DNA of 64,000 nucleotides from Tubiluchus corallicola (GCA_030141605.1 JAQGDQ010000797.1:30787-94786); one strand, 5' to 3'; positions 39,021-54,060 are shown, counted from the first letter of the stretch. A program made the numbers and translations. The notes: a model not told the origin generated them from the sequence alone.

Positions 39021-41604
39021 ACATTTCTTCAACTTTTATCATTACTGCAGTTTGAGTTATTTGAATCAGCAAATTGACTCATATACACTTACAAATTCGG
39101 AAATATTTGGCAAATTTTTAGCCTAACTTTTGCGGAAGAGATCAAATAAATTCGAAATTAACGAATATGTGGCCGATTTTTCTCGAATATTCTGTCAAGA
39201 TTCTTTCTAGTTTCCAGCAATTCAAAATGACCTTATCCACTGTGGTCAGGTTCATATTACGAATGATATTAGCTTAATGCGAAACAGCTTTTACTTGATT
39301 CAATCTACCAATTAATTTCATTTTATTAGCGTAGCTGCTTAATTACCCTTAGGACCACTATCATCTACTGCATATAATTGTCCTTCAAAGCAGTCAAGAG
39401 ACTGATACTAATTAAGATAATTATGTCTATTCTCAATTGTTCGTGACGAAGTTGGTTCAGAGAAATCAACCCACAATTTCTGAGAATTTGAATGGAAACG
39501 TGAAAATTCGCTAATGAACTTGTGCTCTTTCAATCACCAGCTAAATTAACTAATTAAACTATCATCACAAAACCCTTGTATCCACATTTTATGACCAAGC
39601 AATTCCTGTAATTGCGTTTATACTTCCTGTTCGTGTTCACAGACAAAATCCTGTGCGTGTGGCTATGTAATCCCCAAAGAATTTAATTGTATTAATTAGC
39701 TGAGCCAATAATAACACGTTCCAGCAGAATAAATCATCGTGTTGCAAGCTCTCTTTCGCATTGCCTCTAGTTTTTAACCTCTAACGCATTGCCGTCTGGT
39801 CTGGTAATCAGGCAAAAGTTTTTAAACTTGATAGGAAGCAGTTCTATTGCACACGAGTTAAACTTGTTCACGTGTGGTTTCTTGCTATTAGGTCTTTAAT
39901 TACGTTACAATGATGTAAACTGTAAGTCTTCAGGTTTTCCGGCCGATGAATACTGGCAATAATGGTTGATAGATACCGTGCGCACTGCTAAGTTCAGAGC
40001 CTCTTTTAACATGTTGGCTGGGTACCAAATTTGGTAAACAGTGAAGAAATCTTGGTACGTAGTGATGCCTAAATCTGATCACTAGGTACCGAGGTATATT
40101 GTTTCAACAAAAAGTAAATTTTGCCCGTTTCATTGGTGTATACAATTAGTGACCCTGACTTGGTCCTGTAGGAAACACAGTGAGTTTATGTTCGCTCCAG
40201 TGCTGAAGAACAATACGTTCCTAGGGGAAGATTGATCTCCGGTCAAGTATGTCACGTGAAACGTCAAATTATCGTCTGCGAATTGCACTGAAGTCTGTAG
40301 GCGCTACGTCATTCGATCCTCGTCCGAGTGTAGGTGATTTTTGAGCACAAAACAACGTAGGGACAGATTTAATGGCGATAGAGAATTCGTCAAAAGATTC
40401 TTCGGCAAAGACAATATGTTATGAGCTTGTCTTAGCGCTCTTGTTCAGATGTTGTGTAGAGTGGAGGTGTCGGTTCGACAGATATATGCTTGTATTTCTC
40501 ATAATTTTTCGATGTTTTATGGTATCATATTGCAAGTTTAATGTGCTTCACTTTGTTGAAACATGGCACTCAGAATAGGCCAGAAATAGCCGCTTCCGAA
40601 AGAAGAGATTCAAAATTTTTCCTAAATCCTATGCCATACTTGAAAAGTACTCCCTAGACCCCGTTTGGTACCCAGACATTGCCCCTAAAAAGAAGCTCTG
40701 GCTACGTTTACTATCCCTCCCCACCTAAGTTGCCCAATGAGCGGTCGGTTAGCAAATTAACAACTTAATGAGAAGGTATATTAATGTGGAGTATTTGGGT
40801 TCTAATTAGTTAAAAAATGAAGACCAATTAGTGGCACATAAACTGTACAGACGTTTTGGTCATGTTTCTTTTCAGTCTCCAGCAAAATTAAGCACGTAGG
40901 TAGATATCAATACCTTTTATATACTTTTTATGTAGAGACTCGGTTGACACAAAATGTGGTTCAATCAATATTCTTTTCTTCGTCGCTATCCTCCTCTAAG
41001 CTTCTTAAATAAAAAAGCTACATCTACCCCAACACGCTGAGTAAAAAGTAAAATTATTTAATTTGTATAAAACAGGAAAAGATATAGGTTGCATGTTGCA
41101 TTAATAATAAAGTTATAATTTTAATATCCTGCTATAACAGCCAACCATAAAAAATAATTATTATCTCTTCCCGTCTGGGCTGTTACTATGCCATATATTA
41201 ATTAATGTTGTATATCACATGGAATCTTTTAATCATTGCTTTATTCGTCCGCTGACAGTTGCTGGTGTTAGCAATAATGTTGATTGATGTTGTAGGAGAG
41301 ATACATTGTCATGATGGATGACAGTCTCCATGGGTTAATTTAATATGAGCTTGTATAATTTGCTATTCTGTCTCTGAATAATAATCGTAGTTGTATTAAT
41401 TCATCATCAACGTCTTCTATTATTTCACTTAGAATTCATATGGTTGTATTTGCATCATTGTCATACGATTTGTTGTTGTTGTTGTTATTGTTGCTGTTGT
41501 TTTTGTACTTGGATTTATGCGTCACCATATCTCCCATTGCTCGTCGTCGTTTGGTTTTTTCATGTTCTAAAACACGGCACACTCTACCTGTTTACGCCAC
41601 GCAC

Positions 41605-42732
41605 TCCTACATGATGCAATTGTAGGAACCTCATGAATACATTATATGCCACAATAATATATATGTACCATTTATTTCGAACATATAGTTCACAATAAAG
41701 TTGTTAAAAAGCGTAAAATTATCTAGAAGAGAAGTAAGACTACGATAACAGGATTAGTACACATTGACACAAACAAATATATTCATAAAAATTAACACTT
41801 AAGATCAAAACAAAGAAAAGTAATACAATACAGATATTACAATTACACTTCTCATAAATTACCACACTTTATCAAGCAATATTTATTCATGTTATACCAA
41901 TGAAATACACCTACGAAAAGTCAATTAGTCACAGAGCCAATTTCTAATTTCATTTAAGTTACACATTTTTAAAAAAATATTATTGCATTCAGTAGATGTT
42001 GTATCACTGAATAAACAACAATTTCTTCCTTAGACGTGAGATGAAAACTGCTACTCATATAACATTATCTTCAATTCCTACACTTGTATGTACGTGTCAC
42101 AATCTTCTGTTGTTTTGCTCGAATCTATCTGTCACAACTTCGTATATGGACTCCAAGTATGAAATAAAAAAGTAAATAAAAATATTTAGTTAAAATTGAA
42201 TTCAAGTGCCACCGTATCTTTTATTCATTTGAAATTGCACCAATACAGCTTTAATAGAAATGTCCATTGTTGTACTTCAATATTATGTGTCGTAACATCT
42301 CACGTCTAAGGAAGAAATTGTTGTTTATTCAGTGATACAACATCTACTGAATGCAATAATATTTTTTTAAAAATGTGTAACTTAAATGAAATTAGAAATT
42401 GGCTCTGTGACTAATTGACTTTTCGTGGGTGTATTTCATTGGTATAACATGTATAAATATTGCTTGATAAAGTGTGGTAATTTATGAGAAGTGTAATTGT
42501 AATATCTGTATTGCATTACTTTTCTTTGTTTTGATCTTAAGAGCTAATTTGTAGGAATATATTTGTTTGTGTCAATGTGTACTAATCCTGTTGTTGTAGT
42601 TTTATTTCTCTTCTAGATACTTTTACGCTTTTTAACAACTTTACTGTGAAATATATGTTCGAAATAAATGGTATATATATTATTGTGGCATATAATGTAT
42701 CCATGAGCTTCCTACAATTACATGATGTATGA
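41605..42732. repeat. Long inverted repeat: about 440-bp arms (41605-42043, 42296-42732), about 250-bp spacer
   Basis: Direct reverse-complement comparison, e.g. cttccttagacgtgagatg / catctcacgtctaaggaag and attatatgccacaataatatatat / atatatattattgtggcatataat. Confidence 0.92.
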
Positions 42733-43559
42733 ATTCCGTTGCACTTGAATTTATATATCATAACATCTTTTATTCAGCTGCATTTGAATCTACTGTTGGC
42801 TTTGAAATAGAACCATTACATCACTAACAGGAAATGTCGATATCTATTATGTCTCCTATTTCGGCGCTCCAAACTTGGGCAACCAACGAACATTTCTTAA
42901 CTTGCGTGTGTTAATAAATAGTTCTGCAACTGTTTAACAAATGACAAACTCAGGCCAATGATTGGAGGATGAAGCACTGCTGGTGCCGACGTAAACAAAT
43001 ACCCAGTGGCTTCACTACCAGGAAATGATAACTGATAAAAAATGTAAAAAATTCCAACAACTGAGCATTTTTCAAGTGAAGAAATGAATTGATTATTTAT
43101 TTATTGTCTATTTCCTCCGGCATGTTTGTATCATGACTTTCATCTAATCAAATGCACATAATTTTTAGCGAAAAACAACCGAATAAAAATGTGAACGTGA
43201 ACCAATTTATCATGAAATCACTGAAGAATCTCGCATAATTGACGTGATCATACAGCTAGAACTCTTTTAAGACTTACGCCGAAATTTAGCGTACCATAGC
43301 AACGAAAAACAGCACAGACAGATTTTTTAAACATCTGATTCTGGCGTTTTTCTTATAGGGTGATACATAACCTTTTGCTATGGAGGCGGGGGGGAGGGAG
43401 GGAACGGAAACAACGAGTAATAGTGCAAAACAGCGAAGTACGTCAAAGTACTTCTGGAACAGTAACGAATCTATCATGTTTCAAAATACAACACGCCAAT
43501 CATTTAGAGACATAGAAAGACTCATCAACTAAAACCGTTCTCCTTTAATTATGGACAAA

Positions 43560-43900
43560 GGTCTGCAATTAGAAAGATTGAATAGATCAGATAGGCAGAT
43601 AGGTACGTGTGTACGGAAAAATAAATCCAGACTTGAAACCTCATGAAATGTATGTAAAGAACATCCATTTACTTGAAAAGCACAGAATTTTTTGGACAAG
43701 GATGAGTTTATCTGCCTACAGTCTTCATGTGGAGACCGGAAGGTGGAACCATGTAAATCAACAAGACAGACTTTCCAATGTGGCGAAAATGTACAAACAG
43801 AGCAGCATGTTCTTTGTGAAAGTAAAATTAGTGAGCATCTTAGAATGAGATATGATAACAGGAATCTCGGCCTTAACTTTGAAAGCACGGGCAACTTTTA
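43560..43900 (+). mobile_element. LINE C-terminal remnant (frameshifted)
   Basis: SAYSLHVETGRW and CGENVQTEQHVLCE in different frames. Confidence 0.6.
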
Positions 43901-43908
43901 ATTTCACA

Positions 43909-44110
<202 letters not shown>

Positions 44111-46699
44111 GGCTTGTAAGACTCGGGTGTTTCGCACTACGTATAGTCTTGAGGGGAAGATCGGAGCAGCGACTTGCGGATAGCGATCAATGGCATATTC
44201 TTGGACTATCTCAGCATCTAGTTTGTCTTTCAGGATAACTCCAATTAGTTTGGCTGGAGTTTACAATAGGTCCAGTGAATTTCTACGCCACTCAATTCAA
44301 TCGTTTCCCAGAGACATCGGAGGCTTTCATTCTAAATTATGAAAGCGTGATAGATTCCCTGTTGTTTCAGTGATGTTTTGATGTAATAAATCATCGTGTA
44401 GTATTACTTGTTTTTGTACCTCGTTAACAAACTATTATGTACCATACTGTGTAATCTAAATCTAAAATTTGAACAAATTGTTGAACAGAAAATGGCAAAG
44501 TGAAACATTTGGGACAAAAACCTGTGGAATCAACACAGCACTATAGGCTATCATTGAATGTTCATTTTTTTCTTTTTTACGTAAATCTTGCAAAATAATC
44601 TGACATGGACTTTGTACAGTTACTGTTTTTTATTGCTTATCCTTTTCGACCTGACAATTTTCCTTTTTTGGATTCAGTATTGCCAGTTTGGTAAGTCTCT
44701 GTGTTGCCAACTTGTTATTTTTGTACAATTTGAGATACTGCAAGTCACAGTCAACAGCAGAGTCAATCATTAGTTTTCATGATTGTGATGAGACCGGAAC
44801 ATAACTCATTATCAAACATAAACTTCTAAAGTAAAAAGATCAGCAAACCAGCAGAGCTCGCTTAGCCTCGTTTTGTTTGCACATTCACCCTTTTCAGCTA
44901 GAACAATAGCCAGAAGCAGTATACTTCACCCATTCAATGATCGAACCGGTTCGGCGGCGCTTAACTTAGGGCGTTGAACATACACCAGTAACCCCGAGCT
45001 CTTTTACTCGCCTAAAATTCTAGGAAAATTCTGCTCTCCTATGATTTATTTTTAGATCATTGCAAATTTTACGATGCTGCACAACAATAAAAAGTTCCGC
45101 AAACGTAAATGAATCGCTACTTGTTTTATTCACAGATCTTATCCTACATATAATTTTAACCTCAACGTTTCTCTTCCGGTTTTCCTGTTCTCCAAAATCC
45201 CGAATTCCCTAATGCGAACTTAAAGACAAGAACCCACTTTATTAATCCTATTACTGGAACAAGTGAAAGATAAAATATTTCTTCTTTGTCAGACTACAGA
45301 AGACCACACAAGACACGCATTAATCGCATTCAGTTAACAGGTCTTTCATAATGATTGTACGACACCTTATTAGCTGCTTCGGGTAATTTTTGCCTGAGTG
45401 TAAAATTTCAATTAGAAGATTATTGTAAATGCCAGGGTTTTATTTCACGCAACACTGACTTTGCTAATGGAATAATTGTGTATGCTAATTGAAACTGGCT
45501 GCTTACTTTCACTTACTGGATTTGATAATATTCAACAGCTGCAGTAGCGTTATTCTTTAATTCAGAAACGAATAGTCGACGGAAGTGGGTGACCCATCAA
45601 ATAGGTCATTCGCACAATTGAATGATCGGTCAATTAATGGTCAATTGATGGGTAATAGACTTGTTTTCTAGCTAGCTGGCTAACTTGGTTGATCAGTGAG
45701 CAAAGTAGTAGTAGTAGTAGTATTTTTATTGTCATTAAGACCAACAAGATTACATGTACATGTACAACTACGGTACGTGCCACGCGCAACATTACAGAAT
45801 ACAAATATTAATTTACAAATTATGCTAAAGTATAGCATAAAAATACACAGCAATAGCAGTAACCATTTAACATTTATCTAGAAAGGTGTTAACAACCTGA
45901 TAACAATTTAATGATAAAATGTTAGCTAGCTTAACTGTCACTTACATAAATAAATTGAGAATGTCGCTTAAGAACTTTCCAAACACCTTTGCTATTGAAA
46001 AAACTTAAATGTGAAACATAACCAACCCCATATCTCTCGTTAGTCTTTCTGACAAGCCATCTTTTGACTTGTTTCACGGATCTTCTGAAAAGTTTCTTTA
46101 TAAATTTCTTACACATTTAACTTTTGTGTTCTGCCATGATTGACGAACTAAGCTTTAATGCATTATCGTTTGCTCAAATGGTAACAAGTGCAATACGATC
46201 TTGATCGATACGTTTAACAACTAAGCAGTCTGACAGGATTCAAGCCTAATGTTGCTCTCGCTATGACACGAATCATTCTCCAAACCCCACAATTATTGGG
46301 ATGGATCCAATCTCTCCAAATGAAAGATCATAATGGAAGGCATTACGGTCTGATCACGCAAACGGCTGTAATGTATTCTGTACATCAGTGCAATGTCAAG
46401 TTACCTAAAGCTAACGTTTTACGTATAAACTAAATTCTAACTGCACAGAACGTTTGATTCGTAGCAGCACACTAGAATTTTAACAAGCTTTTGTTTGGTT
46501 CTTCTCATGAACTCACGAGAAGTGCTATTTCAATTGGAGAGGATAGCTGGCAAAATTGAAATGTAATAAAGCGGAGATTTAATAACAAGCAGTGGCAGGG
46601 AGAACCATAGCAACACTGAAATGTGATCCCGTCATATTGGAACGGGTCTTTATTTTGGCCGCTTTGCTTTGAGTTGTGGAGTTGTGTGTTACACTGCGT

Positions 46700-47200
46700 T
46701 TTTTATTTTGTATTGCTGTGCTGTGTTGTGCTGTGCGGTGTTATAGTTTGTTTTGTTGTGCTGTGCTGTGCTTTGTTGTGCTGTTCTTAGTTTTGTTTTG
46801 TTATGCTGTGCTGCACTGTTCTTTGTTTTCTTACGCTGAGCTGTGATTCGTTTTGTTTTACCACGCGGTGACTTGTTTGCTGTGTTGTTGTGTGCTTTAC
46901 TCTTACGCTATGTTGTGGTGTCACTGTTGGGCCTTGTTTGTTACGCTTGCTGTGTCATGCTTTGTGCCATGTTGTTCTATGCTGCGCTTATTATGTTGAC
47001 CCTCTTTGTTTTGTTACCTACGTACTGTGCTTTGTTTTATTAAGCTGCTTTGCGCTTGATTAGTTATGCTCCACTATGCTGTTTACTGAGGTTTTATGTT
47101 GAGCCGTGCTTTGTCTTTATCTTTGTTTTGTATCCTATGCCGTTGTGTTTTGTTTTGTTATGCTGTGCTGTGCTGTGCTTTACTTGTGCTGTGCTGTATT
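46700..47200. repeat. Degenerate pentanucleotide tract (TGCTG/TGTTT)n
   Basis: Direct inspection. Confidence 0.75.
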
Positions 47201-47380
47201 CCTGCTATCCGATAAACTTGAATGTTATGGTTAGTCCCCTCTGTCCTTAAACGAATTCATTTTTTACTTTATGTTGTTTCGTGCTTTACTCTATGCTTAT
47301 TACTAGAGATTTTATATCTCAGTTGAGCACAAAAAACGTGGGTGGCTCCTAACTATATAAAGATTGTGATGATGTATGGT

Positions 47381-47433
47381 AGAGAGACAGAGAGAAAGGG
47401 AGAAAGAGAGAGAGAGAGACAGAGAGAGAGAGA

Positions 47434-47494
<61 letters not shown>

Positions 47495-47506
47495 CAGAGA
47501 GAGAGA
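47381..47506. repeat. (AG)n microsatellite
   Basis: Direct inspection. Confidence 0.95.
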
Positions 47507-47923
47507 AAACCAGGTAGCTTAGGTGTCCAAAAAAAATATTCATTTTCTAGTCACGTTTTACTCGCTCTCAAGCTTCGGTATGTTTTTACCCCGGAAACAT
47601 TAACCAAGATGTTTTTAAAAACTTGGCGACCTCTACAAATGCTGCAACCCCAATTAAGGCGATTTCAATAACAATCGCGTTATCGAAAGCATACGGGCGC
47701 GTCGTCTCGTTTCCGTTTCCGAGTCAAGGGCTTCAGCTCAATGTGACAGGGAAGCCAGACTGAGTTTTATATGTCACAACAGCAGAATGGTAGGAATCCG
47801 ACCTATTTTCATTATTTCTGCGCGCCAGCTTACAATATCTGTGTTGAGACTGTCAGTCGAAGCAAATTTGCTGGACTGCTCCAAGACGTGCCTAGAAGCC
47901 TTGATGTGAATTTAATTTGTTAC

Positions 47924-48026
<103 letters not shown>

Positions 48027-48364
48027 CTCCCCATATTTCAGAGTATGTTTTATGTTGTAGTTATTATTGTTATTGTTATTATTATTTTTTTTACTATTGC
48101 ATTATTACTCACATTAGACATAAGCGGTATTAACTGTCAGAAGTTCTCTAACGCATCCAACAAGTAATCTGACAGAACAGCAGTCCATTTTTAGACACCA
48201 AACCTTAATGCATTTTTGTATTTTGTTTTTGTAGTGCATGTTATATTGAAGCACATCGATGCTGACCAGTTGATTAGGAAAGTTTCAAAGTAAAGAATTT
48301 ATGTCAAATTTTGTGAATTTATGTCAATTGTCCTTGGTGTCACTGTATGCTGAGATTTATGTAG

Positions 48365-48830
48365 ATAATATGTAGATGTTTTTACACTAAAAACAAGGAA
48401 ACTTTACTTTCAGCATATAAGGCTTACATAAGACCTTTGTTAGAATACTACAGACCAGTCTGGAATCCTGTAACTTTGACTGACTGTATTGAAAATGTCC
48501 AAAGATACTTCACTAGACGTTTGTGTAGAAGATGTAATACGAACTATACAGATTACTTTCATAGACTGCAAATTCTTAAGTTACAAGTTACTTGACTTTT
48601 TTGCGTACGCACCCCATTTTGGGCTTAGGGAACATAACTTTAAACTTTACATACACTACTGTAGACTGAATATTTGCAAATTCTCTTTTTGCAACAGAAT
48701 CGTAGATATTTGGAATTCTTTGACACAGTTAATGCCTCTAATGTTAAAGATTTTACATCGTTGTTAGAAAATGAGAATTCGTTTCAACATTGTAAATTTG
48801 ATCGTAATTTGTTAACAGAGAGCCACCTAA
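48365..48830 (+). mobile_element. CR1/Jockey-group LINE 3' remnant
   Basis: AYKAYIRPLLEY..VWNP, IENVQRYFTRRL and FSFCNRIVDIWNSL across frames. Confidence 0.65.
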
Positions 48831-49637
48831 AAGTGCTCCGCCTGGGTGGCTTCTCCCTTTTCTCTTGTATTATATTGTAATACTATGTTGGAAAAAACAA
48901 ATCAAATCACGTCAAATTAAATCAAATCAGAGTCCCTCTTTTACTTATCTCGCTCTACCACAGTGTCTACTCTACTGCATGCATGTCAACACGGTTATAA
49001 TTCGTCTAATCGAACAACCTTTCCTATATATGACACCTAGCAATAAGTTACATCGATTTTACAGGCTTCCTATACAAAATATAAGATACGACAGGATTCT
49101 AGCAAGCATCATATTTATAATTATGCGATGCGTCCTCAATTTGATAACATGACAGCGATTTCGTGCTCTGTTGCATGAGTCTATTGTTTAGCAAGTTTCT
49201 ACTGTGTCTTACGTTTCACATTAAAAGACTTGATGAAAATGGGGAGAGCGAAAATCGACACACTGACAAAAGGCGTTTAATAAAGCAGAACGACCCGTGC
49301 TTAACAAACCCTCTTAACAAACACGCTTAACAGAGTAGTATCAGGGAGGGAAAAATCGAGTCTGAAGGAGCCCAAAACGAATGCGAAAGTGAGTGAACGG
49401 CAATGAAGAAAGACACACAAGAGCGTTGAAAAAAGCGCAGTGAGATGAGATAAGGGAATAGGGGAATGAAATAGCTGAAGGGAAAAGGGTAGTTTGTAGA
49501 ATGAGTTGGGGAAGAAAGGTAATGAAATCAGTGGGTTTATAAACAAAGATCGAAATAGTGAAGGAAACACTGCAGTAACTACTTCCTTCATTCTGTGCAA
49601 GTGTAGACCGGTTTTTCATTTGTTCCTATTTTCTGGT

Positions 49638-50087
<450 letters not shown>

Positions 50088-52618
50088 CGTGTGTGATAAA
50101 GAGGGAAAGAGGGAGAGGAAAAATGGAGTGAGAGAATATTTCGTTCATTCATTCATATAAGATTTAAATTAGTACACCGAGTAGAATATGAAACAAATAG
50201 GAAAAGCAATGAGAAAAAGAGGGAAGATTGAGAAAGGGCCAAATTGAATGATGGTGGTGGTAAGTCTTTTATTACGCATTTATTTGCAGGCTCAGCACAT
50301 CACTATTTAACTTTGAACTACATGAAAAAACTAGTGACACGCATAAATACCGTACACAAATACACAAAAAGATAAAAGCAGCTGTACAATATACCAAAGG
50401 ACTAAAAGAACAGGGCTGAAAAAAGTCCACACGTTGGGTGAGATAAACTGCCTGAAAACATTAAAAACGATATTGAAAGCAAGACGGAGAGAAAAGCAGG
50501 CTCAAGAAATAAACACGAGCAACTGTCAGAAAAACAGCGAAACGAGATTAAACCAGACATTTATGTGGGCATAAACACGAGATTGCAAACAAAAAACGAT
50601 TTTGAAACTAGAAACAATTTTCTACTAAATTTAGCGCGCGAGTGGGAGACAAGCACTACTAATAATTAATTGTTCTTTCTCTTCTTGCTCGACTGTTTCG
50701 TCGGATCCCATTGCGTTTCAGACGAGAAACCTTTACGATAATTAAAATTGGCGGTCCGTAATCCCGCTCTTGCACAACTGATACATCACGTGACCTAATA
50801 GTCTCTTAATTGATGACAGTGACAGATTAAAACAACGCAAAGGACGGCGCAAACTGAGCATTTCATTTCGCTGCCATCTTAATTTAACGATAGGCAATGC
50901 TCGAGTTAAGTAATGTTGCTGTTTTCTTACGACCAAATTGAAACGAGGCAGTGAGGCTTGTTGGTAATTCCATGCGCTCTGGCGACCGTTAATTTACGAG
51001 CCACCAAGTATTTATTGGTTTGGACATGAGAGATGGTTATTGTGTGTGCGCAAGAGCAGTGTCAAGTGCATTAAAGCGCGCAGATGGTTGAAGTTGTATT
51101 CTTGTAGCATATCTCTAATGTGTCCCACCAATAGGAGGCGCAAAACCTTGCCCAAGATTTATGAAGTTCACAAATTTAAAATCTATTAAGTTCATTTGCA
51201 AGCTTATTAAAAAGAAGCATCAACCAATACTGCATTCACTTTCTTAGCAACAGATAATACCACCACACTAAGGTCCCGCTCATATAAGCCTACCATGACA
51301 TGCTATTTGAATCAATTCGCTTTTTGTCAGCTCATAATCATAGGCAGCGCGTATTCTAATTGCTTTAATTGAGACTAAGGAGATAAAAGGACAATGACAC
51401 GGTAGTAACCGTTCTGCGTCCATAATACTAACTGCGTAACACTGACGTTGTTACTAACAATGCCAACTCAGTTAGCCTCGTGTTCCATGTGCACGATTTT
51501 GTGCGTTGCAGTGCGGGGAAAAGTTAGTTCATTGTAGCTGCGTGACACTGTTTCCATGTGGGCGTGTCCGCTGGCATTTCCTCGCAGGCAGGAAAGACTC
51601 TCCAAGACCGACTTTTCTGTTAACGAGTTGGGTGAAAAGACACTCGCGCATGCTCAGACTGTGCAAATACCATAATCATGGCCAGCAGCAGGTTGGAAAT
51701 TTTGATGTTACGTCTCTAACGAAGACAGAGGAATCGTTTATTGCAATTAAGATTACTATCACTCAGTGATGAACGCAGGAGCCACAGGTTCTGGGCCCAT
51801 GACATACTCACGCAACGACAAGAGTTTGGAGCATAGTGTCACCTGGTACAGCGCTGTAACTGGACAGTCAGAAAAACCTCGAATATTTCCTTACCTTATC
51901 TCAGCAGAGAAGATGGAGTATGTACTCAGCTTCGTTGGATCTGATGACGTTCTAATTCTGCGATTCCACACACAACACACAACGATTCCGAAAACTTGCC
52001 AGTGTAGACGCACATATGGAAAGCGCGCCTTACCAACAGTGACAACAATGATAATGCCGAACACCACGAAAGTGATATGTCACAAATGCGAAGTTTGCAT
52101 CTATAGTTAAAAAAGATGAGTGAGATGGAATTCAGGAATTCATGATAATGTGGCTATGAATAGCGGAGTGGTCACGATATGTGCTTAGTTGCCGAAGTTA
52201 AGCAAAGTTGAACCTTATCAGTAAACAGGATACAGCTAAAAAAAATTGCACCTGGAGAGTTTTCTTCTGCGAGAGACCATTTTACAATTCTACCATGTTA
52301 GTATCTCATCTTAGAGGACTGACATTCTGGTCCCACCATAACCAGCTACTGTAGTAGAATACCTAGTAGAAGACTAACTGACTTTCTGATAAGGCGTATC
52401 AGAAAGCGAATTCGAATCGCATAGATTTTTTTTTACTTTCGAACTAGAATAAAACCGAATTTCAAGATTTTGAATCCGAATTGAATTAAATTTTAAAGAG
52501 CACGGTAATTTTAACGATTTTCAAATAAATTCTTGGATCATTAATAAAAGGCAATCTCGCAATGAACATGCATATTGCTTGATTTTGTAGTGCATTTAAA
52601 ACACTAATATTTGTTTAA

Positions 52619-52735
52619 TACGGCCATATCACGTTGAAAACACTGGTTCTCGTCTGATCACCGAAGTTAAGCAACGTAGAGCCTGGTTAGTACTTTGATG
52701 TGTGACCGCCTAGGAATACCAGGTGCTGTAGGCTT
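52619..52735 (+). pseudogene. Nearly full-length 5S rRNA-derived sequence forming the SINE head
   Basis: tacggccatatcacgttgaaaacac...gatcaccgaagttaagcaacg...ggttagtact...gaataccaggtgctgtaggctt matches animal 5S rRNA; lacks about 3 nt at the 5' end, carries substitutions, and has no oligo-T terminator. Confidence 0.85.
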
Positions 52736-53204
52736 GCGGGATGCCCACACTGTATCTCGACACTAGGCGGAGGAGCTGCACAAGCAGCCAACGGCTAGAG
52801 GGTGGAGGAGCTCAAGTGACCCAACGGCCATGTGTAGAGGAGTCAATCAGGAGTGTAGCCCCAGCATGCTCACTGACTCCGGCAGCTGCTGCAGGCAACC
52901 AGGTGCCAAATGTATCGCTCCGCTTTCTTTTGGACTACACCAGGGGGGAAGAGAGGGTGTTCCTGTTGTCTGGGCAACTCAGGATCTCCATACACCTTGC
53001 CGAGGCGTGCGCCCTGAAGAGACCACTCCAGTGACAGAAACAACACGGGAGGCAGCAGTTATGAGTTATGGCTGTCTAACTATCGTTCAAGGATCGGATT
53101 GCTCAGCCACAGTCGACGCTGCAGCTCAATCAATGTAATCAATAACTGACTCTCTTGGCGCACACTCCATTGTCTTCCGAGACAGAAGGATGCCAACAAC
53201 AACA
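52619..53204 (+). mobile_element. 5S rRNA-derived SINE (SINE3 type) with RTE-LINE-derived 3' end and (CAA)n tail
   Basis: 5S head 52619-52735; GC-rich body; 3' part encodes RSRIGLLSHSRRC (RTE ORF C-terminal motif) and ends ...gacagaaggatgc(caa)n; exact 10-bp TSD ATTTGTTTAA at 52609-52618 and 53205-53214. Confidence 0.85.
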
Positions 53205-54020
53205 ATTTGTTTAAACATTGCGCGCAGAAATGGCAGCTAAATTGTCCTGTTTCAAACGTTTCAGTGATAAAGAAGGTATCATGTATTTGAAACGGCGAAT
53301 TATTCGATTACACAATTTTAGATTAGAATTGAATTTGAACGTTCGATGCTCACCCCAAACAAGTAGTTCGATCACGATTGCGTGAGCACAACTGTATGGA
53401 TTATCAAGAGCAGGTCAAGAACCAGAGAAAACCTATATTTCACAAATCTAAATCTATATATTGAACGGGGCAGTGAAAATACTTTGTTTTATTACGCACA
53501 AGAATCCTAGCGCAGAATATGAATTTCTTTTAAATATGCAATGCCGTGTTTATGGTCAAGAAAGAACTGCGTCCTAAAGCCAAATATCAGTTATTTTCCC
53601 AGAATTCCCATCCATGTATGATATTGATTAGTTTCAGTATATTTTTAAACAAAACTAGAGGTGTGGAAATTAAAAAATTGTTAATTAACTATATTAATAA
53701 CATTTCAGTTACACGCGATTGTAAATTAAAAAGTGTTAATTTAAGTAAATAAATAAATTACTAAGAATTAATGCAAGCCATTCAATCTGCAGTGATGTAG
53801 TCCTACATGTAATTATATTCGTCATAGATTGCTTTTTCATCAACAACGCTTAAAAAGAGCCTCGTGTTTAGTTTAAACATAATTTATTTGGGATTGGTTC
53901 AGACAGTTTGAACAACATGATGTAGGAGCCCCGTGTTTATAGGAACGTGTTCCTGTACGCGTTGTTTACTTATGTTTGTGAATCGTTGTTCGTACTTATG
54001 TGTTTGTCAAATAAAGCATC

Positions 54021-54060
54021 TATTGTTACTGTTGTTGTTATTGTTGTTATTGTTGTTTGT

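Larger units (their letters stand above)
52394..53358 (-). mobile_element. Degenerate copy of the TCGAA-rich hAT MITE, interrupted by the 5S SINE
   Basis: Both flanks of the SINE align in reverse complement with the 57200-57587 element (agaaagcgaattcgaatcg... and gttcgatgctcacccc). Confidence 0.65.

Noticed and set aside
52619-52735. Functional 5S rRNA gene
   Set aside because: Single copy, 5' nucleotides missing, substitutions in conserved positions, no oligo-T terminator, and enclosed with a LINE-derived tail inside a TSD.
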